Positions 46,440-53,612 of a DNA stretch of 64,000 nucleotides are shown one piece after another; the stretch's first letter is position 1, and each line of letters opens with the position of its first letter. The DNA lies in IMG/VR virus record IMGVR_UViG_2651869518_000004, positions 1,266 through 65,265 of that record. One strand, 5' to 3'. A model generated the notes under the pieces. It saw only the letters and a list, made by a program, of their open reading frames with translations. It did not search any database and had not been told where the DNA came from. Source of the stretch: a virus. The position numbers were made by a program, and so were the translations under genes.

Positions 46440-46640
46440 GAGGCTCGTAACCATCCTCGTAACCCTTCTCGTAACCACTCTTTTCCCTCTTACAACTACT
46501 TAAAGGTTACAAGGTTACAAGATATACAGAGTAATGCACACACAGAGATATTGTTAGGTATTGGCAATAAATGTTTCGCATATATGTGGGGAGCAGTTAA
46601 AAGTGCTTGTAACTCCGAACCCTGTAACCTTTCGGGCTCC
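46440..46640. repeat. iteron-type origin of replication candidate
   Basis: Three direct CTCGTAACC repeats with exact 11-bp spacing (46445-46475), two inverted GGTTAC copies (46505-46518), an AT-rich stretch, then CTTGTAACT and CTGTAACC; low-GC 240-nt non-coding gap right after the primase-helicase gene. Confidence 0.5.
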
Positions 46641-46659
46641 AAGCTGACCGGAGGTCGGC

Positions 46660-46949
46660 ATGCTTGAGTCGGTTGTCGAGAAGGCCCTGGTCGCTGCTGT
46701 TCGGCAGTTTGGCGGGTGGGCTCTGAAGTGGGTGAGTCCGGGGCAGGATGGCGTGCCGGATCGGATTGTGCTGATGGCCGTGCCTGCGCACCACCAACAG
46801 ATCGTGGCGACGTACGTGCGCTTTGTGGAGACCAAGGCGCCAGGCGGGACGCCTCGGCCGATCCAGGGGGCCGTGCACAAGCGCCTGCGCAAGATGGGCT
46901 ACCGGGTCGATGTGCCCGACAGCAGGGAGGCCGTCCGTGCGCTCTATAG
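46660..46949 (+). CDS. VRR-NUC domain nuclease
   Basis: GVPDRIVL...VETKAPGG..P..Q matches the PD-(D/E)XK VRR-NUC core; 97 aa. Confidence 0.55.
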
Positions 46950-48451
46950 CTGACTGGCGTGAGTACCAGCACCGCGCGCTGGAGTTTGCGAAGCGGGTGC
47001 GCAGGGGCTATCTGGCTGCCAAGGCCGGGGCTGGCAAGACGTCGATTGCCCTGGCGCTCATCGACTACGTGATCAACGACAGCTTTGAGACCACCAAGGT
47101 CGTGGTGTTCGGCCCCATGCGTGTGGTGCCGCAATGGGCCAGCGAGGCCCAAGGATGGGCGTTTGGGCGCGATTTGAGCTTTGTGCAGTACCTGGGCAGC
47201 TACAAAGAGTCCCAGAGCGCCCTGGAGGCCGCCAAGGCGAAGTACGAGGGCCTGGTGAGTGGGCTCTGGGGAAGTCCAGAGGCGACTAGGCTGGCGACCA
47301 ACCACCGGCGCCGTGTGCGCGAACTGGAGCGGGAGATCAAGGAGCGGCGCGCCGCCTTTGAGAGCGATGCGCAGGTCATGTGCGTCTCGTTTGAGTTCCT
47401 GCCAGAGTTTGTGCGGCAGTACACGGCCAAGAGCTGGCCCTATGGGCTGGTGATCTTCGACGAGGCCAGCCGGCTGCGCAATGGCGGGCGCAAGGGTAGC
47501 GTTGGCTGGAAGGCCATCAACAGCCTGATGCGCAATACCAACGCGCGGCTGCTGCAGATGAGCGGATCGCCTCGGCCGGGGTCAGCCCATGAGATGTACG
47601 CGCCGGTGGCGCTGATGGACCAGGGCGCGCGCCTGGGCAAGACCCTCACCGCCTTTCGGGATGCGTACCTGGAGCGCAACAAGTGGAACCGGCAGACGGG
47701 CCAGGTGTACTCGTGGAAGCTGCGCGCGGGCAAGGAGGCTGAGCTGTACGGCGCCATCTCCGACCTGTACTTCGCCGTGGCGCCCGATCTCGGCATCCCC
47801 AGCGTCACCATTGATCGGCGTGTGCGGCTACCGGCGGCCGTCGAGGCGGCTTGCATAGAGCTGCAGAAGACCCAGGTGGTGAACTTGGACGATCTTGAGC
47901 TGATGGCCGGGAGCCAGGGCACCGTGGCCGGCAAGCTGCACCAGATGTGCCAGGGCGCGGTCTACGACGAGGCCGGAGAGGTGCACCACCTCCACGACGA
48001 GAAGCTGCACGAGCTGGCCGAGATCATCGAAGAGGTCGATGGGCCAATGATCATCGCCTACTGGTACGGGCACGACTTCGACCGCCTGCGCGCCAAGTTT
48101 CCCAACGCCGTTGACATCACCACGGAGCAGGGGCTGGCCGACGCCAAGGCCGGCAAGGTCGAGCTTGCGCTGCTACACCCAGGAAGTGCGGCGCACGGCA
48201 TCGACGGGCTGCAGATGCACTTTTCTGCCGTCGCATGGTTCACCGTGCCCGCATCGTTTGAGCTGTACGACCAACTCAATAGACGGATTGTGCGCAGCGG
48301 TCAAGCCGAGACCGTCCGCATCTACCGCGTGATCGCTGAGAACGGCATCGTGGATGAGCGTGTGGTGCTGCGCCTAGCCGAGAAAGAGGCTGAGCAGGAT
48401 CAATTTTTTGAATACATGGAAGCAAAACAACTGGAGGTGAAACATGGCTGA
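46937..48451 (+). CDS. SNF2/DEAD-like helicase (start uncertain; GTG proposed)
   Basis: Walker A AKAGAGKTSIALALI; Walker B LVIFDEASRL; a VRR-NUC plus helicase pairing is common in phages. Confidence 0.5.
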   Translation: MRSIADWREYQHRALEFAKRVRRGYLAAKAGAGKTSIALALIDYVINDSFETTKVVVFGPMRVVPQWASEAQGWAFGRDLSFVQYLGSYKESQSALEAAKAKYEGLVSGLWGSPEATRLATNHRRRVRELEREIKERRAAFESDAQVMCVSFEFLPEFVRQYTAKSWPYGLVIFDEASRLRNGGRKGSVGWKAINSLMRNTNARLLQMSGSPRPGSAHEMYAPVALMDQGARLGKTLTAFRDAYLERNKWNRQTGQVYSWKLRAGKEAELYGAISDLYFAVAPDLGIPSVTIDRRVRLPAAVEAACIELQKTQVVNLDDLELMAGSQGTVAGKLHQMCQGAVYDEAGEVHHLHDEKLHELAEIIEEVDGPMIIAYWYGHDFDRLRAKFPNAVDITTEQGLADAKAGKVELALLHPGSAAHGIDGLQMHFSAVAWFTVPASFELYDQLNRRIVRSGQAETVRIYRVIAENGIVDERVVLRLAEKEAEQDQFFEYMEAKQLEVKHG

Positions 48452-48941
48452 TGAGAAGATTGTGGGCTGGACCCGAGAAGTGGAAGAGGCCTATGCCGCT
48501 ATAGCGGCTGGCCAGGTGCGATACCCGAGTGACTACGGCGTCGTGGGCAACGGGGCCGCTGTGTTGCCGAGCGGCCTTTATTGCAACAAGCATGGCACTG
48601 CGCACCATTGCGATTGCCCTGAGTGCAGGGTAAGACTTGATGAGCGCCTTGCCAAGCGGCAAGGCGTCCAGGGCACCGCCAATATGGCCAAAGCCGTATT
48701 CCAAACCAAAGCGGCGCAAGGCGCTGACGCGCGCCAGGTGGGTGGCAACCACTACAAGTCGATGCCGATCCAGCCGTGGGACGTGATGCAGGCGGTGATG
48801 AGCCATCAGGAGTTCATCGGCTTCCTCAAGGGCAACGTGATCAAGTACAGCATGCGTGCGGGGCAGAAGGCTGGTGCTACAGACGACGCTGATAAGGCGC
48901 GCCACTACCAGCAGAAACTGAAGGAGGTGACCCGTGAGTGA
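48444..48941 (+). CDS. DUF3310-containing phage protein
   Basis: GGNHYKSMPIQPWDVMQAVMSHQEFIGFLKGNVIKYSMRAG...KARHYQQKL matches DUF3310. Confidence 0.5.
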   Translation: MADEKIVGWTREVEEAYAAIAAGQVRYPSDYGVVGNGAAVLPSGLYCNKHGTAHHCDCPECRVRLDERLAKRQGVQGTANMAKAVFQTKAAQGADARQVGGNHYKSMPIQPWDVMQAVMSHQEFIGFLKGNVIKYSMRAGQKAGATDDADKARHYQQKLKEVTRE

Positions 48942-49629
48942 GAAGGACCGCAAGGTAACAGAGGCGCAGTGGCTGCAGGCGCGTGAGCAATATGAGCAGC
49001 GCGGGCTGAGCATGCAGGAGATCGCTGACAACTTGGGCGTGAGCAAGCCGCGCGTGGGCCAAGTGTCAAAGAAAGAAGGCTGGGTGAAGGGGGCTAGACA
49101 GCTCGTTCTAGACACGTCTACCCCTATACCTGTCGTTAAGCCCGCGTTGGATACCAGTTGGTCCTCCCAACCGCTCAAGCGCCAGCTCCTGGACCAGAAC
49201 GAAGAGGAGATCATCGACATGCTCTCCGAGGGGAAAGACTACGCAACGGTGAGCAAGCGCTTTGGATGCCACGTTGCGACGTTTGCTAAGTGGATTGACG
49301 CAACCGAGGAGCGCGCCCTCGCGGTTTCGCGGGCGAGGCAACAGGCCTCGTTCCTCTTCATCCAGCAGGCCGAGGATGCGCTCAGCAGGCCCAACATGAC
49401 CAACACCGAGGTGACGCAGGCGCGCGAGCTGGCGAGCCATTTGCGCTGGAAGGCCAAGGCGTTCAACCCGCGCATTTTCGGCGACAAGCAGCAGATCGAG
49501 ATGAGCGGCAGCGTGAAGGCTGAGCTGTCCGACGACGACGTTGACAAGCGTCTGAAGGAGCTGTCGCGCACCGTTGACGTGGTCGCGCGAGTGCTCCCGA
49601 ACGGTTCGACTCCGGGGACAGGAACTTAA
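48934..49629 (+). CDS. terminase small subunit candidate
   Basis: N-terminal HTH (LSMQEIADNLGVSKPRVGQ); C-terminal ARELASHLRWKAKAFNPRIFGDK typical of TerS; precedes the terminase large subunit. Confidence 0.45.
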   Translation: MSEKDRKVTEAQWLQAREQYEQRGLSMQEIADNLGVSKPRVGQVSKKEGWVKGARQLVLDTSTPIPVVKPALDTSWSSQPLKRQLLDQNEEEIIDMLSEGKDYATVSKRFGCHVATFAKWIDATEERALAVSRARQQASFLFIQQAEDALSRPNMTNTEVTQARELASHLRWKAKAFNPRIFGDKQQIEMSGSVKAELSDDDVDKRLKELSRTVDVVARVLPNGSTPGTGT

Positions 49630-49900
49630 ACGCACAATGAAACGCCTGAGCAATTCGGGATTTAATTCGGAAAACACCATGAACCAATACACCGACGCGG
49701 GCCTGGCCCGCATGATGGGTCTGCCAGTGCCAACTCAGGTGCACCTCGCCGTGTGCGAGCTGCTGGGCATCTATCCGATGACGCCGCGTGCCCGGCATTG
49801 CCCCGAGCTGACCATCCTGCCGCCTACCAGGACGGAGGAGAGCCCCCAAGACCAGCCAGGAGCGGGCCATGGTGCCCATCCGGCGCGAGGGGGCGGGGTG

Positions 49901-49919
49901 ACACCCCCCCCACCCCCGG
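49901..49919. repeat. homopolymeric C tract (C8-A-C5) inside a G-rich/C-rich imperfect hairpin followed by a T run
   Basis: GGGGGCGGGGTGACACCCCCCCCACCCCCGGTTTTTC seen directly; terminase intergenic region. Confidence 0.5.
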
Positions 49920-49979
49920 TTTTTCATGGCCACGGTGAACCGGCCCCTGCCCAAATACTACGCGAGGTAATTTTTCAAA

Positions 49980-50258
49980 ATGTCAGTCAACCCAACCAGC
50001 CAAGACCGCGCCACGGCTCTGCGCCGCGCCATGGAGCCTCTCAAGCCAGGCGAAACCGTCGTGGTCTATCCGACCGCTACGGCCACGCAAGTGATTCGGG
50101 CCGCCGAGGCGGCCAAAGAGATCGAGCGCAAGCTCATCGACATGCAGGCACACGCCGTGCACTCCTTTGGGGTCCCGGTCTACCCCAAGGCCCTGCTGTC
50201 GTACTGGGACCAGGACCTGGGCCGCCCCGTGGTCAAGGAGGTCAACCTTGAGCCCTGA
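49980..50258 (+). CDS. hypothetical protein
   Basis: 92-aa ORF with plausible composition. Confidence 0.3.
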   Translation: MSVNPTSQDRATALRRAMEPLKPGETVVVYPTATATQVIRAAEAAKEIERKLIDMQAHAVHSFGVPVYPKALLSYWDQDLGRPVVKEVNLEP

Positions 50259-50271
50259 TGCACCCATCACC

Positions 50272-50484
50272 GTGCGGATCAGCGCCCAGGACGCGGTCTC
50301 CTGCGCCAATGAGCACGCCTTCACCTGGCTCCTGATGAAGCGGCTCAGGGACGCCGGCATTCCCGTCCTGGGTTCGCTGCACTTCCGGGGCGTGGCCAGC
50401 GGCTGCCTGACCCGCCACGAGGACCCGTACACCCGCAACCAGGTGTTTACCTGGCACCCCAACGCAGAGGAGATACCTGCATGA
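50272..50484 (+). CDS. hypothetical protein (start uncertain, GTG/TTG)
   Basis: About 70-78 aa: ISAQDAVSCANEHAFTWLLMKRLRDAGIPVLGS... Confidence 0.2.
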   Translation: MRISAQDAVSCANEHAFTWLLMKRLRDAGIPVLGSLHFRGVASGCLTRHEDPYTRNQVFTWHPNAEEIPA

Positions 50485-50714
50485 AGACCGACCGCGAACT
50501 GCTGGGGCTCACGGCGAAGGCGGCCGTGAGCGAATGCCCCGCAAAACCATGGGTTCAGTACAACCCAATGACGATGACTTACGACACGGCAGACGGAACA
50601 CAGGTAGCCGCCGAGGTTGTTGAAAACGTGCAATGCCTGGCCGAGGTGCTGAACATCGCCGCCATTCGCTCCGAGCAGCGTGCCGCAGCCACCATCGGAA
50701 AGGCCATGCCATGA
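50481..50714 (+). CDS. hypothetical protein
   Basis: 77-aa ORF, ATGA overlap. Confidence 0.3.
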   Translation: MKTDRELLGLTAKAAVSECPAKPWVQYNPMTMTYDTADGTQVAAEVVENVQCLAEVLNIAAIRSEQRAAATIGKAMP

Positions 50715-50911
50715 ACCCCACCCCTGAGCTGCGTTTTGTTGAGCGCGAGATTCCGTCCCACTCGGATGGTTTGCTTGTGGAAGTAACGACCTGCACGACC
50801 GCCCGCATCCTGCAGCAGAAATGGGAAGAGGTAGAGTTCATCCATGATATGAACCGAGTCACCACATCAGAATGGCGCGACGTGCCCCTGGTCAAGGAGG
50901 CCGACCTGTGA
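50711..50911 (+). CDS. hypothetical protein
   Basis: 66 aa (MNPTPELRFVEREIPSHS...), ATGA overlap. Confidence 0.3.
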   Translation: MNPTPELRFVEREIPSHSDGLLVEVTTCTTARILQQKWEEVEFIHDMNRVTTSEWRDVPLVKEADL

Positions 50912-51044
50912 CCCAGCCCCAGGACGACGGCGTACTGCGCAGCATCATGGCCCTGACGGCCATGCGTGACCGGTACAGGGCCAACGGCCGGCTGCTGCAG
51001 GCCCAGGTCATGACCAGCGCCATCAAGGTGCTGCGGAGGCTGCT

Positions 51045-52652
51045 GTGAGCGACATAGACTACTCCCACCTCTCCCCGGCGCAGAAGCGCGAGCTGCTGCA
51101 GCTCCTGGAGATCAAGCACGAGCGCGAGCAGCTCAAGAAGTGCCAGAGCCTGGTGGAGTTCATCAAGCAGGCCTGGCACGTGCTGGAGCCTAGCCACCCC
51201 TACATACACGGGTGGCATATGGACGTTTTATGCGAGCATTTAGGGGCTGTCACATCAGGAGATATTACCAGGCTCTTAATTAACGTGCCTCCAGGTACTA
51301 TGAAAAGTCTAGCTACATCGGTGTTTTGGCCAGCGTGGGAGTGGGGGCCTAAAGGTTTAGTAAATACACGGGTAATTGGGGCCAGCCACGAGGAGGGTTT
51401 GGCCGTGCGTGACACAATGAAAATGCGCCGGCTTATCTCTTCAGACTGGTATAAATCAAGATGGCCTTTAGCCGCAGAGATGACAGCAGATCAAAATATG
51501 AAAACATATTTTGAAAACACTAGTGGTGGATGGCGTCAGTCGTGCCCAGTTACTAGTATGACGGGAAGGCGGGGGGATAGGGTGATACTTGACGACCCTC
51601 AAAGTGTAGAAGACGCATACTCACCCGCTAAATTGGAAACTGCAAATCGCGTATTTAGGGAGACTCTGCCTACGCGGGTTAACTCCCCTGAAAAGTCTGC
51701 GATTATCGTCATTATGCAACGGCTGAACGTAAAGGACGTAAGCGGAGAGATTTTATCTAGCGACCTTGGATATGAGCACCTCTGTCTGCCCATGGAGTAC
51801 GAAGGCCCGCGTAAGGCCACCAAGATTGGTTTTGTGGACCCGCGCAAGAAACCCGGTGAGCTGCTATTCCCTGAGCGCTTTCCCCGCGAGGTGGTGGAGA
51901 GGGATAAGAAGATCATGGGTGACTACGCCTATGCGGGCCAAATGATGCAGAGACCAGCACCCGCAGGGGGCGGCATTCTCAAGTCTAGCCAATTTCGCAT
52001 GTGGCCGGCCAAACTGGATTTGCCAGATTTATTTTTAGTGATTACGTCTATGGACACGGCATACACTCAAAAGACTAGCGGAGACCCTACAGCAGTAACC
52101 ACATGGGGCGTATTTGAACATGAGGGGCGCAGAAACGTATTATTGTTAGATGCCTGGGATGAGCACCTCGCATATCCCGAATTGCGTGAGCGCGCAATTG
52201 CAGATTGGGGGGCTGAATATGGGGGAGTAAAAAATAATATGCTGAAGCCAAGTAGAAAACCAGATTTTTTGTTGGTTGAGCAAAAAGGCTCAGGTATTAG
52301 CTTGCTGGCTGATCTACATGCAGCAGGAATACCGGCTGTAGGGTATAATCCCGGGGCAGCAGACAAGATAACGCGCGCTCACTTAGCCTCTCCAATGCTG
52401 CAGCTTGGCGTATTTTGGGTTATGGAGAGTAAGAAGACTCCGGGGAAACCCATATCATGGGCACGTAGATTCCTTGAAGAGATTCAGACATTTCCAGCAG
52501 GCGAGCACGACGACTACGTCGATACTTTTACGCAAATGAGTATATTTTTGCGAGATAAAGGCCAGATCGACCTTGCCGTAGCGCCACTTGAAGAGGCCAA
52601 GGAGGTTGACTACAACGCCCGCAAGAAGCGATTGGTCAACCCTTACGGGTGA
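51045..52652 (+). CDS. terminase large subunit (Terminase_6-like)
   Basis: Walker A-like region, GDYAYAGQMMQRP and C-terminal nuclease motif EHDDYVDTFTQ; 535 aa; contains low-GC patches. Confidence 0.75.
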   Translation: MSDIDYSHLSPAQKRELLQLLEIKHEREQLKKCQSLVEFIKQAWHVLEPSHPYIHGWHMDVLCEHLGAVTSGDITRLLINVPPGTMKSLATSVFWPAWEWGPKGLVNTRVIGASHEEGLAVRDTMKMRRLISSDWYKSRWPLAAEMTADQNMKTYFENTSGGWRQSCPVTSMTGRRGDRVILDDPQSVEDAYSPAKLETANRVFRETLPTRVNSPEKSAIIVIMQRLNVKDVSGEILSSDLGYEHLCLPMEYEGPRKATKIGFVDPRKKPGELLFPERFPREVVERDKKIMGDYAYAGQMMQRPAPAGGGILKSSQFRMWPAKLDLPDLFLVITSMDTAYTQKTSGDPTAVTTWGVFEHEGRRNVLLLDAWDEHLAYPELRERAIADWGAEYGGVKNNMLKPSRKPDFLLVEQKGSGISLLADLHAAGIPAVGYNPGAADKITRAHLASPMLQLGVFWVMESKKTPGKPISWARRFLEEIQTFPAGEHDDYVDTFTQMSIFLRDKGQIDLAVAPLEEAKEVDYNARKKRLVNPYG

Positions 52653-53096
52653 TACGGCGCCCGCGCACGTACCCCGGCGGACAAGCAACGGCCCGGGCGC
52701 ATTTGCCGGTCTCCGGGTGAACCCACCAAAGGGTTCCCCGCATGGCGATCCCTCCCAGGGACGCGAAAACAGCGCGCTCCTCCTTGGAGAATCCGCAAAC
52801 CCCTGTGCCGGCGGCTTTGTGTAGCTGACCTGCAGCCTTCCCGCCAGCTTTAGCAGCAGCAAGAAGTTGCCCGGACGCCTTCGCGGCTAGGCCGCCGATG
52901 CGCCCAGCAGCGGAAAGAGCCCCTACTTTTCTAGCGGTAGCGCTTCCTGCTTTTACTGCGGTTACGGACTTGCCATCCGCATTTCTAATTGCGTGGGCGG
53001 CCCTTGAAGCAGCGGGCAGGTGCCCGGCGTCACGGGTCGCCCGACCGCCCATACCAGTTTTTGCAAGCGCCTGAATAACTCCAGATTCGGCCCACA
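52636..53096 (-). CDS. Ala/Gly/Lys-rich low-complexity protein (doubtful)
   Basis: Minus-strand ORF with a TAGGAC-ATG start context in the gap between the terminase large subunit and the GIY-YIG gene; KAAG-type repeats; could be a GC artefact. Confidence 0.2.
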
Positions 53097-53102
53097 TCCG
53101 TC

Positions 53103-53432
53103 CTATCTTTTTTTTCCAATCTCCACGGCGAGGTCCCGGTGAATGGCTTTCCCGCAAGTTAGGTTGTAAAAGCTGCCGCTCTTCACGGCGTTCAGCCTTG
53201 TGATCATGTGCTTCTCAAACTCAATCACGAAATTGGTGTCACCCGTTATCAAGATGATCTTTTCAAAACGCTCGGGGTCTTCCTTGAAAAGCGGGCGCAC
53301 GCGCTTGCTGCTGGTGAAGTAGGTCACGCCTAAGTCCGACGGGTCGCAACCACGCGCGTACCTGCAGCCAAAGTAGAACATGCCGGTTTTCAGGTCGGTC
53401 AGCAGGTAGACGTAAGGATTGTGGTCTGTCAT
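53103..53432 (-). CDS. GIY-YIG homing-endonuclease-like nuclease
   Basis: NPYVYLLTDLKTGMFYFGCRYARG (GIY...YFG motifs, Arg), locally low GC; antisense to the late operon between the terminase large subunit and the 744-aa gene. Confidence 0.5.
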   Translation of the reverse strand: MTDHNPYVYLLTDLKTGMFYFGCRYARGCDPSDLGVTYFTSSKRVRPLFKEDPERFEKIILITGDTNFVIEFEKHMITRLNAVKSGSFYNLTCGKAIHRDLAVEIGKKR

Positions 53433-53612
53433 ATCGCACCTATCAAGTGGACGGTTATCACTGTGAAAAAGTGTGGCAGGACGGTGATAAGTCGTCTCTT
53501 CAGCCGCTAAGCCTAGCCACGACCACATTTTGCCCCAAAAACACCCCATTACGACTAAAATAGGCAAAAGCTATCGGCAAATCACTGCCGATTACCCCTA
53601 AAAAGGTCACAA

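Noticed and set aside
49679-50251. Long plus-strand frame starting MNQYTDAGLARMMGLPVP.
   Set aside because: After about 50 residues the translation becomes G/P/R-rich nonsense running through the poly-C tract. The first 40-50 aa may be a real small gene, but the 3' end could not be defined.
52588-52824. 78-aa plus ORF just after the terminase large subunit.
   Set aside because: Overlaps the terminase stop region and the antisense A/G/K-rich ORF; no RBS; composition poor.
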